Shown one piece after another: positions 10,218 through 20,468 of a DNA stretch of 56,841 bases. The first letter of the stretch is position 1. Every line of letters begins with the position of its first letter. Below the pieces are notes generated by a model. It was not told the DNA's origin. It ran no database searches and saw only the letters and a program-made list of their open reading frames with translations. A program made the translations under genes and the position numbers. Source of the stretch: a virus (taxonomy: Duplodnaviria; Caudoviricetes); the IMG/VR virus record IMGVR_UViG_3300049811_000087, positions 1 to 56,841 of that record. One strand, given 5' to 3'.

Positions 10218-10568
10218 TTGTCCATGGAGACTAGCATATTAACAAGTACTAAAAAAGTATTAGGACTTGATGAAGGCTATGATGCTTTTGATCCGGATAT
10301 CGTCATGTTTATTAATGCCGCTTTATCAACCCTGAGTCAACTAGGCATAGGCCCAGAAGATTCGTTGGTTATAAGTGGCCCGGATGATGAGTGGGATGAT
10401 TTATTTATTCCAGATAACCAGCTTAGTCTGGTAAAAACTTACGTATTTTTGAAGACAAGGATGTTGTTCGATCCTCCTGGGACTCCTTTTCTTACTAATG
10501 CTATGAAAGAACAACTCCAGGAATACGAATGGCGCCTACAAGCGTTTGTTGAAACGGAGACAACATGA
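10218..10568 (+). CDS. Head-tail adaptor (putative)
   Basis: SILTSTKKVLG...FDPDI...LSQLGIG...FDPP...EWRL; context. Confidence 0.6.
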   Translation: MSMETSILTSTKKVLGLDEGYDAFDPDIVMFINAALSTLSQLGIGPEDSLVISGPDDEWDDLFIPDNQLSLVKTYVFLKTRMLFDPPGTPFLTNAMKEQLQEYEWRLQAFVETETT

Positions 10569-10993
10569 CTCTCTCAACTCAAGAGTTTCTTGCGCATTAC
10601 GGCGTCAAAGGAATGAAATGGGGCGTACGGAAAGCGCCAGATAGATCGCGGTCTGCATCAAACTGGAAAGCTCGTAAAGACAAAGAACGTGCTGCAAAAC
10701 TTGAGAAGGCCAGCTCGAGTAAAAGAAATGCAGCAAAGAAGATGTCTGACGACGAACTTAAGGCTGCAGTACAGCGGCTTCAGTTAGAAAAACAGTACGT
10801 CGAACTTAGCCAACAGCCACAACAGTTAACTCGCGGACAAAAGTTTGCAAAAGATCTTGGAGACATTGCTGTTGAAGTGGCAAAGACTCAGATCAAAAAC
10901 ACAGCCAACGCCGTGTTAAAGAAAGAACTTGAAAAGCGTCTTGGGATTAAAACTGAACCTAAGAAAAAAAAAGTAAAGAAGGAAAAGACGTAA
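10565..10993 (+). CDS. Basic protein with LAHYGVKGMKWGVR leader
   Basis: N-terminal FLAHYGVKGMKWGVRK; MSDDELK...RLQLEKQY; Lys/Arg-rich. Confidence 0.7.
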   Translation: MTLSTQEFLAHYGVKGMKWGVRKAPDRSRSASNWKARKDKERAAKLEKASSSKRNAAKKMSDDELKAAVQRLQLEKQYVELSQQPQQLTRGQKFAKDLGDIAVEVAKTQIKNTANAVLKKELEKRLGIKTEPKKKKVKKEKT

Positions 10994-11066
10994 GAGAAAC
11001 GACTTGGGCTCCTGGTAAAGGTCCAAAAGTAGGAACTAAGAAGAAAGACTAAAGGGGGCGGTTTGA

Positions 11067-12812
11067 TTGGGCTTATCGAATACCGCAGTCCCAAAGTATT
11101 ATGGTGAGTTTCGCGACGCTGTTCTTCGTGGAGAGATACCTGTAAATAGAGAAGTATCGCTTGAAATGAACCGGATAGATGACCTAATAGCCAACCCAAA
11201 CATCTATTACGATGATCAGGCTATTGATGGATTTATCAAATACTGCGAAATGGAACTAACTCTAACTGACGGCGGAGATCTCTACCTTTTAGACACCTTC
11301 AAGCTATGGGCTGAACAGATCTTCGGTTGGTACTACTTTGTCGAAAGGAGTGTTTATCAGCCAGGTCAAAATGGAAGTCCTGGAGGGTATGTTAAGAAGC
11401 TAATTAAAAAGCGCCTTACCACTAAGCAGTATCTGATCGTCGCACGAGGTGCCGCAAAGTCGATGTATGCGGCGTGTATTCAGGGATATTTTTTAAATGT
11501 TGACACATCAACGACACATCAGGTAACTACGGCCCCCACTATGAAGCAGGCCGACGAGGTTATGTCGCCGCTTAGAACAGCGATCACAAGGTCGAGAGGA
11601 CCTCTGTTTAAATTCTTGACAGAGGGCTCAATTCGAAACACGTCTGGGTCCGCTGCAGAGCGAGTCAAGCTTGCTTCTACGAAAAAGGGCATTGAGAACT
11701 TTCTAACGGGGTCCCTACTCGAGATTCGACCGATGTCGATCAATAAGTTGCAAGGGCTTCGCCCTAAAGTCTCAACAATTGACGAGTGGCTTTCTGGAGA
11801 CATCCGTGAAGATGTGGTAGGTGCTATCGAGCAGGGCGCATCCAAGATGGATGACTACTTAATTGTTGCGATCAGTTCTGAAGGAACAGTTCGAAATGGT
11901 TCTGGCGACACCATTAAGATGGAGCTTGCAGAAATTCTAAAAGGCGAGTATCAAGCTCCCCACATCTCCATATGGCACTATAAGCTCGACGATGTAGAAG
12001 AGGTTGCTGATCCCTCAACCTGGATCAAAGCCAACCCAAACCTAGGCAAAACCGTTACTTATGATGTTTACCACCTTGACGTTGAGCGTGCAGAAAAAGC
12101 CCCAGCGTCTAGAAACGACATCCTTGCCAAGCGCTTTGGGATCCCTATGGAAGGCTACACGTACTTCTTTACATATGAGGAAACCATACCGCATAGGTCA
12201 AGAGAGTTCTGGACAACACCTTGCGCTCTAGGCGCAGACCTTTCTCAAGGTGATGACTTCTGTGCGTTTACATTTTTGTTTCCTCTTGGCAACGGTAGTT
12301 TTGGAATAAAGACAAGAAGTTACATCACAACACTAACTCTTATGAAACTTCCAGCGGCAATGCGTATAAAGTACGAAGAGTTTATTAATGAGGGTTCCCT
12401 CCAAGTTCTTGATGGAAACGTCCTTGACATGATGGAGGTCTATGACGACCTCGACGAGTTTATAATCCAGAACGAATACGATGTTCGATGTCTGGGGTTT
12501 GACCCTTACAACGCCAAAGAGTTTGTGGCTAGATGGGAATCCGAAAACGGACCATACGGAATAGAAAAAGTAATTCAAGGCGCTAAAACAGAGTCGGTTC
12601 CTCTTGGAGAATTAAAGATTCTTGCCGAACAGAAAGCGCTTATATTTGACCAAGCGCTATTTTCGTTTGCTATGGGTAACGCTATTACTCTAGAAGACAC
12701 AAACGGTAATCGTAAACTTTTAAAGAAACGAGCCGAGGAAAAAATCGATAACGTTTCTGCTGCTCTAGACGCATATATTGCCTACAAAGCCAACAAGGAG
12801 GCCTTTGAATGA
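11067..12812 (+). CDS. terL: Terminase large subunit
   Basis: ARGAAKS Walker A, IDEW Walker B, GADLS / FDPYN / KIDNV nuclease motifs. Confidence 0.92.
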   Translation: MGLSNTAVPKYYGEFRDAVLRGEIPVNREVSLEMNRIDDLIANPNIYYDDQAIDGFIKYCEMELTLTDGGDLYLLDTFKLWAEQIFGWYYFVERSVYQPGQNGSPGGYVKKLIKKRLTTKQYLIVARGAAKSMYAACIQGYFLNVDTSTTHQVTTAPTMKQADEVMSPLRTAITRSRGPLFKFLTEGSIRNTSGSAAERVKLASTKKGIENFLTGSLLEIRPMSINKLQGLRPKVSTIDEWLSGDIREDVVGAIEQGASKMDDYLIVAISSEGTVRNGSGDTIKMELAEILKGEYQAPHISIWHYKLDDVEEVADPSTWIKANPNLGKTVTYDVYHLDVERAEKAPASRNDILAKRFGIPMEGYTYFFTYEETIPHRSREFWTTPCALGADLSQGDDFCAFTFLFPLGNGSFGIKTRSYITTLTLMKLPAAMRIKYEEFINEGSLQVLDGNVLDMMEVYDDLDEFIIQNEYDVRCLGFDPYNAKEFVARWESENGPYGIEKVIQGAKTESVPLGELKILAEQKALIFDQALFSFAMGNAITLEDTNGNRKLLKKRAEEKIDNVSAALDAYIAYKANKEAFE

Positions 12813-13321
12813 GCAAAAAAGTAGAAGACTTCCTTGAACACTATGGCGTTAAAGGGATGAAGTGGGGTGTTCGCCGAAACAGAAGCGCCGCTTCAAAACT
12901 GAGCACAAATGCTAGAACAAACAACAAAGATGCGTACCCAGGACTTTCTACTAAAAAGTCTGGTCATGCTGGCAATACGCTAAGCACTTCCGGAGCAAAG
13001 AAAAATCTCCTTCGGAATACGGCACTTGACGCAGCTACAGCGGGTTTTCATAGGCGAGCTCGAGCAAATTCGGCTAAACGAACTTTAAAACGCCTTGAAG
13101 GAAAAACCGCCAACACCTCTACTTTTCGAGGCAGGCGTAAACAACGGAAGATTAATGAAGCTAAAGTTAATGCTGCTTTAACCTACGCTCTAGCAAAACC
13201 AAGGAAAAAGATCTACGTCACAAAAGACGGTCAAACCTCGGTTATTAAAGGCAAAAAGTTAGCCAAACAGATTTTAAAGAATAATACGCTAGGTTATGAA
13301 GATATTCGGCTTCGGCCCTAA
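12809..13321 (+). CDS. Basic protein with LEHYGVKGMKWGVR leader
   Basis: FLEHYGVKGMKWGVRR; highly basic body. Confidence 0.7.
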   Translation: MSKKVEDFLEHYGVKGMKWGVRRNRSAASKLSTNARTNNKDAYPGLSTKKSGHAGNTLSTSGAKKNLLRNTALDAATAGFHRRARANSAKRTLKRLEGKTANTSTFRGRRKQRKINEAKVNAALTYALAKPRKKIYVTKDGQTSVIKGKKLAKQILKNNTLGYEDIRLRP

Positions 13322-13350
13322 ACACAAAAAATGACAGAAGGAGAATTCAA

Positions 13351-13512
13351 ATGTCCGAGCACCAGAAGACGACTCAGGCAATACTTTCAGATCAGAGCGA
13401 GTTTAAAGAGCATCAGACAATTGAGAAGTTTGCGCTTTTTCTTTCAGATGGCCGCAATCTCATGGAGGTTTTGGCTGAGTTTGATGCGCGACTCGTTGAC
13501 TTGGAGCCCTGA
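13351..13512 (+). CDS. Hypothetical protein (53 aa, MSEHQKTTQA...; not in ORF track)
   Basis: AGGAG RBS upstream of ATG 13351; hand-translated to TGA 13512. Confidence 0.55.
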   Translation: MSEHQKTTQAILSDQSEFKEHQTIEKFALFLSDGRNLMEVLAEFDARLVDLEP

Positions 13513-13550
13513 TAGACTAAGCCCGAGCTAAAAGAAGGAGGTGATGCGAG

Positions 13551-14804
13551 GTGGCAGTTCTAGATAGAGTTAAAAGTGCCTGGAATGCATTTAGGGATTC
13601 CGATCGAATTTGGACCTCCTCTAGCTCGCCAACGGGGTCTTCGTCCTTAACTCGGCCAGATCAAAATCGTTATCGTAACTACTATAGTGAAAAATCGATC
13701 ATTACCTCTATCTATACTCGAATGAGCATAGATGTAGCTAGCGTTGGGTTTAACCACGTAGAGTTGGATGAACAAGGCCGTTATCTGAAAGACAAAGACA
13801 GCGCTTTACAGAAAGCGTTGACTTTAGAAGCAAATATCGATCAAGGACCTAGGGCTTTTCGCCAAGACATCGCTATGACCTTATTTGACAAAGGGGTAGC
13901 GGCGATTGTTCCTGTAGATGCAACAAAAGATCCAAACACAAATGAAGTTTTTGATATTTACACGTTGCGTGTTGGCGATGTCCTTGAATGGTATCCAAAA
14001 CACGTAAAGGTTCGGGTTTGGAACGAAGCAAAAGGACTTAGAGAAGATATAACATTAGAAAAACGTTATGTGGCTATTGTGGAGAATCCTCTCTACGCGG
14101 TCATGAACGAACCTAATGGAACCCTACAGAGGTTGATTCGAAAACTAACGCTTCTTGACGCTGTTGATGAGCAGTCAGGCTCTGGTAAACTTGATTTGAT
14201 TATACAGCTGCCTTACGCCGTTAAATCTGAGGCCAGAAAGAAACAAGCCGAAGAGAGACGAGAGTCTATTGAGCTCCAACTCAAAGGTAGCCAGTATGGT
14301 ATTGCTTATGCTGACGCAACAGAAAAGATTACTCAGTTAAACCGTCCTGCCGAGAACAATCTTCTCCAGCAGATTGAGTACTTGACTAAAATGCTGTATG
14401 GTCAATTGGGTATAACAGAAGACATTATGAACGGTACGGCTGACGAAACTGCCATGCTAAATTACCATAATAGATCTATAGACCCAATTATTCAGGCTAT
14501 AACAGAAGCTATGCAGCGCTCCTTTATTGGACCGACGGGTGTCAGTAAACGCGAAAAGATACAGTACTTTAAGGACCCATTTAAACTTGTTCCGGTTAGT
14601 AGTCTTGCTGAGATTGCGGATAAGTTTACTCGTAACGAGATTCTAACCTCAAATGAGATTCGGCATTATATGGGTATTCCACCAGCTAAGGATCCTAAGG
14701 CAGATCAATTAGTCAATAGCAACATGCCTCAAACCGAGACAATTGCCCCGACTGAAACAACTCAGTCTGGTCTTTCTGTTGCTGATGTCGACGCAAAGAG
14801 TTAA
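13551..14804 (+). CDS. Portal protein
   Basis: AGGAGG RBS; 417 aa; between TerL and capsid; LTSNEIR..MG C-terminal motif. Confidence 0.85.
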   Translation: MAVLDRVKSAWNAFRDSDRIWTSSSSPTGSSSLTRPDQNRYRNYYSEKSIITSIYTRMSIDVASVGFNHVELDEQGRYLKDKDSALQKALTLEANIDQGPRAFRQDIAMTLFDKGVAAIVPVDATKDPNTNEVFDIYTLRVGDVLEWYPKHVKVRVWNEAKGLREDITLEKRYVAIVENPLYAVMNEPNGTLQRLIRKLTLLDAVDEQSGSGKLDLIIQLPYAVKSEARKKQAEERRESIELQLKGSQYGIAYADATEKITQLNRPAENNLLQQIEYLTKMLYGQLGITEDIMNGTADETAMLNYHNRSIDPIIQAITEAMQRSFIGPTGVSKREKIQYFKDPFKLVPVSSLAEIADKFTRNEILTSNEIRHYMGIPPAKDPKADQLVNSNMPQTETIAPTETTQSGLSVADVDAKS

Positions 14805-14857
14805 GATTTAGAGAAAGCTAGCTCTCTGATTGGAAGTTATTCGAAAGGAAATTCAAA

Positions 14858-16861
14858 ATGGAAGCAGATTTCAGCGGCTACGCCACTAAGGCGGGGCTGA
14901 AATGTTCAGACGGGCGAACCATCATGCCCGATGCCTTTAAGCATCAGGATAAAGTTCAAGTCCCCCTCGTCTGGCAGCATGGGCACACTGACCCCGAGAA
15001 CGTTCTTGGTCACGCCATTCTCGAAGCTCGGGAGGATGGGGTCTATGCCTATGGGTTCTTTAATCAGACAAAGAAGGCGCACGCAGCTCGAGAGCTTCTG
15101 GAGCACAAAGACATTAGAATGATGTCCATTTGGGCAAATGATCTTATTGAGCGTGCTGGACGTGTTCTTCATGGAGCAATTCGTGAGGTTAGTCTGGTCC
15201 TGAACGGGGCCAATCCTGGCGCAATTATCGAGAATGTTACCATTCGTCATTCTGATGGTGACATGGAACTTGATGATGAGGCTATTATTTACACGGGCTT
15301 AGAGATTGAGCTCAGCCACTCGGAGTCGGACGAAGAGTCGGATGAAGAGGAAGATACCGAAGATAATGACGATAATGACGATAGTGAGTCTGACGAGCTT
15401 GCACACGCAGATACTGCTGACGAAGACGATGACGATGAAGAGAGTGTCGCTGATGTTTATGAGTCAATGACTGATAAGCAGAAAGACGTTCTCCATTACA
15501 TGCTCGGGGAAGCTCTTGCTTCGGCCGAGTCCGACAAAGAAGATAACCTGTCCCAGGACAACATGGATCAGAAAGGCAGCGACGAAATGGGTCGTACTAA
15601 CGTTTTTGAGGACACCAAAGAGAGCCAGGAAGAGACGCACGTTCTCTCTCACTCTGACATTGAGGGCATTGTCAGCGAGGCTGCAACCCGTGGGTCGCTG
15701 AAGAAAGCGGTTGAGAGCTACGCTCTTGCTCACGGCATCACCAACATCGACATCCTCTTCCCCGAGGCGCAGGCTATTGCCAACACGCCGGAGTGGTTTG
15801 GTCGTCGGACCGATTGGGTTGAGAAGGTTCTCGGTGGTTGCCGCAAGAGCCCCTTCAGCCGGATCAAGACCCTTTGGGCAGATCTCAATGAGGACGAGGC
15901 TCGGGCGAAGGGTTACATCACCGGTAACATGAAGAAGGAAGAGTTCTTCTCGGTTGCCAAGCGAGTTACCACCCCCACCACCGTGTACAAGAAGCAGGCT
16001 CTCGATCGTGATGACATGATCGATATCACCGACTTCGATATTGTTGCTTGGCTCAAGGGTGAGATGCGGCTGATGCTGGATGAGGAAATCGCACGAGCGA
16101 TTCTCATTGGCGACGGTCGTGATATTTCGTCCGATGACAAGATCAACGAGCAGTGCATCCGCCCCATCGCTCGGGATCATGAGCTTTACACCACCGTGGT
16201 TAACGTCAACATTGACGACCCGAACTCCTCGGTGCAGGAGATCATCGACGCCATTGTGACCAACCGCAAGCACCTGCGTGGCACGGGTCTTCCCACCCTC
16301 TACACCACCGAGACCTACATCGCTAAGTTCCTTCTGCTGAAGGACACGCTGGGTCGTCGAATTTACAAGAACCTCGATGAGGTCGCTTCCGAGCTCCGTG
16401 TGACCGAGATCGTTTCGGTTGAGGTTATGGAGGAGGACCCGAATCTGGTTGCGGTTCTCGTCAACCCGGTTGACTACGTCATTGGTGCTACCCGTGGTGG
16501 TGAGGTCGGAATGTTTGATGATTTTGACATCGACTACAACCGCTACAAGTACCTGATTGAGACGCGAGTCTCTGGTGCGCTTACCAAGCTGAAGGCCGCG
16601 ATGGTCGTTCGCAAGGTTGCTGGCTCGGCGACGCTGGTTACTCCGGCTGCTCCCGCATTTAACGGCACTGCTGTGACCATCACCAACCAGCCTGGCGTTA
16701 TCTACAAGAACGCCGCTACCGACGCCACCATGACCGCCGTCGGTTCGCCGTACACGGTTGCTGAGGGCGCTACGCTTACGGTTGTGGCAACCCCGGCTTC
16801 GGGTTACTACTTCGCCACCAGCGAGGATGACACCTGGTCGTTCACCAACGAAGAGGATTGA
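14858..16861 (+). CDS. Fused prohead protease - acidic scaffold linker - HK97-fold major capsid protein with C-terminal Ig-like domain
   Basis: FSGYA...VPLVWQH...GHA...MSI...EVSLV..GANP (HK97-type protease); D/E-rich linker; EEIARAILIGDG capsid motif; strongly biased codons. Confidence 0.88.
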   Translation: MEADFSGYATKAGLKCSDGRTIMPDAFKHQDKVQVPLVWQHGHTDPENVLGHAILEAREDGVYAYGFFNQTKKAHAARELLEHKDIRMMSIWANDLIERAGRVLHGAIREVSLVLNGANPGAIIENVTIRHSDGDMELDDEAIIYTGLEIELSHSESDEESDEEEDTEDNDDNDDSESDELAHADTADEDDDDEESVADVYESMTDKQKDVLHYMLGEALASAESDKEDNLSQDNMDQKGSDEMGRTNVFEDTKESQEETHVLSHSDIEGIVSEAATRGSLKKAVESYALAHGITNIDILFPEAQAIANTPEWFGRRTDWVEKVLGGCRKSPFSRIKTLWADLNEDEARAKGYITGNMKKEEFFSVAKRVTTPTTVYKKQALDRDDMIDITDFDIVAWLKGEMRLMLDEEIARAILIGDGRDISSDDKINEQCIRPIARDHELYTTVVNVNIDDPNSSVQEIIDAIVTNRKHLRGTGLPTLYTTETYIAKFLLLKDTLGRRIYKNLDEVASELRVTEIVSVEVMEEDPNLVAVLVNPVDYVIGATRGGEVGMFDDFDIDYNRYKYLIETRVSGALTKLKAAMVVRKVAGSATLVTPAAPAFNGTAVTITNQPGVIYKNAATDATMTAVGSPYTVAEGATLTVVATPASGYYFATSEDDTWSFTNEED

Positions 16862-16876
16862 TCTTAAGGAGATGAG

Positions 16877-17206
16877 ATGGCTAGGTTTCACGGAAAAGTT
16901 GGATACGGGGAAGCCGTAGAAGACCCTCCTGATTCTGGGGTTTATAAAGATCGAATCACAGAATATCTCTACAAAGGAGACGTCGTTCGCAATACCCGAG
17001 GTTTAGATACCGGGGATAAAGTGAACAGCGATATTTCCGTGAATAATTCAATCAGTATTGTTGCTGACGCCTATGCTTCAAATCACTTTATGAAGATCAA
17101 ATACGTAGAATGGGCGGGGGTGTTCTGGACTGTGACTAACGTCGAGGTTCAGCGCCCCCGTCTTATTCTAAGTTTAGGAGGGGTTTATAATGGCCCCACG
17201 GCTTGA
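16877..17206 (+). CDS. Head-tail stopper (putative)
   Basis: Position after capsid; ISIVADAY...YVEWAG..WTVTNVE..RPRLIL. Confidence 0.6.
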   Translation: MARFHGKVGYGEAVEDPPDSGVYKDRITEYLYKGDVVRNTRGLDTGDKVNSDISVNNSISIVADAYASNHFMKIKYVEWAGVFWTVTNVEVQRPRLILSLGGVYNGPTA

Positions 17207-17495
17207 ACTTCAAACGCTTCTTGTTGAACTTCTTGGTAGTAAAAATGTATATTTTCAGCCTCCGCCGACTGTTCAAATGCAATACCCTTGTATTGTTTAT
17301 AAGCGAGATGACGAAGAAACCGAATTTGCAAATAATCGACCCTACAGTACCAAGCGTCGGTACCAGCTGACGTATATTGACCCGGACCCCGATGCGGAGA
17401 CCCGCGATAAAATCTCGCAGCTTCCATTGTGTGTCTATGACAGATTTTATACATCGGATAACCTAAATCACGATGTGTACAAACTTTTCTTCTAG
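17190..17495 (+). CDS. Tail terminator (putative)
   Basis: NVYFQPP...YPCIVY; directly before the major tail gene. Confidence 0.65.
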   Translation: MAPRLELQTLLVELLGSKNVYFQPPPTVQMQYPCIVYKRDDEETEFANNRPYSTKRRYQLTYIDPDPDAETRDKISQLPLCVYDRFYTSDNLNHDVYKLFF

Positions 17496-17507
17496 AAGGA
17501 GATAGAA

Positions 17508-18392
17508 ATGGCAGTTCTCGAATGGGACGGCGTTGGCGACCGGAAATACGAAACCGGTGTAGACCGCGGCGTTCTTTACATGCCAAACGGCTCTGGAGTT
17601 TACGACAATGGCGTGGCCTGGAACGGTCTCGTCTCGGTTACCGAGAGCCCGAGCGGTGCTGAGGCCAACCCTCAGTATGCTGATAACGTCAAGTACCTGA
17701 ACTTGTTCTCTGCCGAGGAGTTTGGTGCTACGATTGAGGCATTCACTTACCCCGACGAGTTTGCTGAGTTTGACGGTCTTGGTGTTCCCACTGCTGGCGT
17801 CACTATTGGTCAGCAGGCACGTCGGTCCTTTGGTCTGTCGTACCGCACCAAGCTCGGCAACGACGTTGAGGGCGACGATCTGGGCTACAAGCTGCATCTG
17901 GTTTACGGCTGCTCCGCCAGCCCCTCGGAGAAGGCTTACACCACGATCAACGACTCGCCTGAGGCCATCACCTTTAGTTGGGAAATCACGACGATCCCTG
18001 TTGCGGTTACTGGCATGCGCCCAACCGCTCTTGTGACTGTCGACTCCACCAAGGTTGCCCCCGCTGATCTTCTTGAACTTGAGAATCTTCTTTGGGGTAC
18101 TCAGGCGCAGGACCCTCGACTGCCGCTTCCGGATGAGGTCATCTCGATTCTCAGCGCTGTTCAGACTCCGGTTATGACCCAGAACCCGTCGTTTGTTGCG
18201 GGCACCGGCGTTATTACCATTCCGACCGTCACCGGCGTTCGTTACTACCGGGCCGACACCGAGGCTACCGTTACGGGCACTGTTACTATTGGTACACCTG
18301 GCGCAACTCTGGTTATCCGGGCTGAGCCCGCAACCTCGGCATACGTCCTGGCTCCCAACAGTGACGATTCTTGGTCGTTCACCCGTAGCTGA
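17508..18392 (+). CDS. Major tail protein with C-terminal Ig-like domain
   Basis: YETGVDRGVLY...AWNGL...YADNVKY...FTYPDEF; biased codons. Confidence 0.85.
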   Translation: MAVLEWDGVGDRKYETGVDRGVLYMPNGSGVYDNGVAWNGLVSVTESPSGAEANPQYADNVKYLNLFSAEEFGATIEAFTYPDEFAEFDGLGVPTAGVTIGQQARRSFGLSYRTKLGNDVEGDDLGYKLHLVYGCSASPSEKAYTTINDSPEAITFSWEITTIPVAVTGMRPTALVTVDSTKVAPADLLELENLLWGTQAQDPRLPLPDEVISILSAVQTPVMTQNPSFVAGTGVITIPTVTGVRYYRADTEATVTGTVTIGTPGATLVIRAEPATSAYVLAPNSDDSWSFTRS

Positions 18393-18419
18393 TAACTAAC
18401 CGACAAAGGAGACCAAGGA

Positions 18420-18962
18420 ATGCTTACGATTACTATAGATGGCGATGAGTTTTTTAATGATGATACTCAGGAGTTTGAGTATCGTGAGGGAACAACTTTG
18501 AACCTGGAGCATTCCTTGGTCTCTTTGTCAAAATGGGAGTCAAAATTTCAAAGGCCCTTCTTGGCTTCCAATGACAAAAGTCCCGAAGAAGTTTTGACGT
18601 ACATTAAATTTATGACCATCACCCCCAATGTTGATCTAGACACCATCCACAAGATGTCTCAAGATAATCTTAAAGAGATCAACGACTACATTGAGTCCCC
18701 TCAATCGGCCACGACTTTTGGTTCTTTACCTAAAAGGCAGACTTATCACAGCGAAGTTATAACTTCCGAATTAATTTACTATTGGATGATAGGGTTCAAC
18801 ATTCCTTTTGAATGCGAGAACTGGCACCTCAATAGGTTGTTTTCTTTGATAAGAATTTGTAATCTTAAAAACAATCCTCAGAAGATGTCCAAGGGTGACA
18901 TAGCAAGAAGAAACCGAGAACTAAATGCCCAGCGTAAAGCTCAACTTGGGACTAGTGGGTAA
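18420..18962 (+). CDS. Tail assembly chaperone (putative)
   Basis: Position after the major tail gene; LEHSLVSLSKWESK...WHLNRL. Confidence 0.6.
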   Translation: MLTITIDGDEFFNDDTQEFEYREGTTLNLEHSLVSLSKWESKFQRPFLASNDKSPEEVLTYIKFMTITPNVDLDTIHKMSQDNLKEINDYIESPQSATTFGSLPKRQTYHSEVITSELIYYWMIGFNIPFECENWHLNRLFSLIRICNLKNNPQKMSKGDIARRNRELNAQRKAQLGTSG

Positions 18963-18976
18963 AGGAGCACCCTGAG

Positions 18977-19792
18977 ATGATGGAACTTAAATGGCATCAA
19001 CCTGGCGATAGAGTTTTTGAAAGCGGTCTTGACCGAGGCGTTTTATACATTCCTGACGTTGGCCCTAACTGGAGGGCAATTCCCTGGAGTGGACTCCAAA
19101 GCGTCCAAGAGAAGTTGAGCTCTTCCGTTGAACCGGTCTACTTCAATGGCGTCAAGATAAGCGACGTTCTTACTGTGGGAACATACTCCGCTAAAGTCAC
19201 TGCGATCACCTACCCGGATGAACTTGAAGAGCTGTATGGAAACTTCGCCTTGAGGGACGGGTTCTATCTTGGAGAGCAGGAGCCAAAACTTTTTGGATTC
19301 TCTTACAGAAGTCGTGTTGGTAACGACATTGATGGTGATGAAGCTGGGTATAAAATCCACCTCATCTATAATGCGACAATAGTTCCAAGCGAAGTGACGC
19401 ATTCTACGATCACGGAAAGCCCTGATTTGATTGCGTTTGAGTGGGATTTGACCGCGGTCCCAAATCAGTTGGCGGGGTTTCGACCTACCGCACACATTGT
19501 TATTGATACTACAAAACTGGCGCCATCGCTTCTTGAGGTTTTGGAGGCCTATCTCTACGGCATCGAAGACGATACGCCTGCGCATCTTCCGCCGATGGAA
19601 GATGTTATTGATTTAGTTGCAAGTTGGTTTTTGATCAACATTATCGATAATGGCGATGGAACTTGGACTGCTCGAACTGACTTTCCAGAGTACATAGTCG
19701 ATCTTGGTGACGGGGAATACCAGATTAATAACGCGACAATTACTCCAGCTGGTGATGAAAGTTATATAATTACAAGTACAGAGAATCCGTAA
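18977..19792 (+). CDS. Second tail-tube-like protein (paralogue of 17508..18392)
   Basis: FESGLDRGVLY...TYPDEL...FGFSYRSRVGND...GYKIHLIY aligns with the major tail protein. Confidence 0.75.
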   Translation: MMELKWHQPGDRVFESGLDRGVLYIPDVGPNWRAIPWSGLQSVQEKLSSSVEPVYFNGVKISDVLTVGTYSAKVTAITYPDELEELYGNFALRDGFYLGEQEPKLFGFSYRSRVGNDIDGDEAGYKIHLIYNATIVPSEVTHSTITESPDLIAFEWDLTAVPNQLAGFRPTAHIVIDTTKLAPSLLEVLEAYLYGIEDDTPAHLPPMEDVIDLVASWFLINIIDNGDGTWTARTDFPEYIVDLGDGEYQINNATITPAGDESYIITSTENP

Positions 19793-19803
19793 CGGAGGAT
19801 ACA

Positions 19804-20439
19804 ATGCCCGGAGCACAAGTTCGAGTTTTTACATACGATCGAATGAAAGCTATTGAAGATTCAGCTTTTGTTTCGGCGAGATTAGAAGATAAAGAATTAA
19901 TTTTAGTTAAATACGACGGTTCCGAAGTAAATCTTGGATCGGTTGAAGGACCTCCAGGACCAGCCGGAAACGTCAATACGTCAACGCTGAACAACGCAAT
20001 AGCGGCTAGTCACCCAGGCTGTGTTTTAACGACTGAAACAAACCAGCCGGTCGTCCCGGCAAGTGCTACTTGGCACACAATGATTTGGAATGGGGCTGAT
20101 CTTCGAGACACGAATAACTACCACGCGGCTAATTCGGATTTAATTAAGATTCCCGCTGGTCTGGGCGGCTGGTACAACCTTTCTGGCTCTATTGTTTGGG
20201 TTAACAACAATAACGGAGCTCGAGGTATACGATACACAATCAATAACGCCGGAGACTTTCGGATGGCTATGATTGGCGCTTCTGGAACAGGCGGTCGTTC
20301 TTGCCGAGTTCCTTTCTCACAGGATGTGTTCTTACCCGCCGGTACAGATCTTCGGATTTCGGCGTTTCAAGAGTCAGGAACACCTTTGGCCATTGTTGAC
20401 GGATGTCATCTATCTGTTCGATTTATTGCGCCAGCCTAA
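19804..20439 (+). CDS. Minor tail / fibre-tip protein (C1q/TNF-like C-terminus)
   Basis: GPPGPAG linker; IPAGLGGWY...DLRISAFQESG. Confidence 0.55.
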   Translation: MPGAQVRVFTYDRMKAIEDSAFVSARLEDKELILVKYDGSEVNLGSVEGPPGPAGNVNTSTLNNAIAASHPGCVLTTETNQPVVPASATWHTMIWNGADLRDTNNYHAANSDLIKIPAGLGGWYNLSGSIVWVNNNNGARGIRYTINNAGDFRMAMIGASGTGGRSCRVPFSQDVFLPAGTDLRISAFQESGTPLAIVDGCHLSVRFIAPA

Positions 20440-20468
20440 AAGACTCAAAAAGTCAAAATGGGAGTGAA

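Noticed and set aside
13331-13531. Track ORF of 66 aa
   Set aside because: No RBS; the alternative frame 13351..13512 has AGGAG
15464-16891. 475-aa minus-strand ORF
   Set aside because: Antisense shadow of the codon-biased capsid gene; no RBS or recognisable motifs
18420-18976. Programmed frameshift in the tail assembly chaperone
   Set aside because: No convincing slippery site with an overlapping downstream frame; the next gene is a tail-tube paralogue with its own RBS
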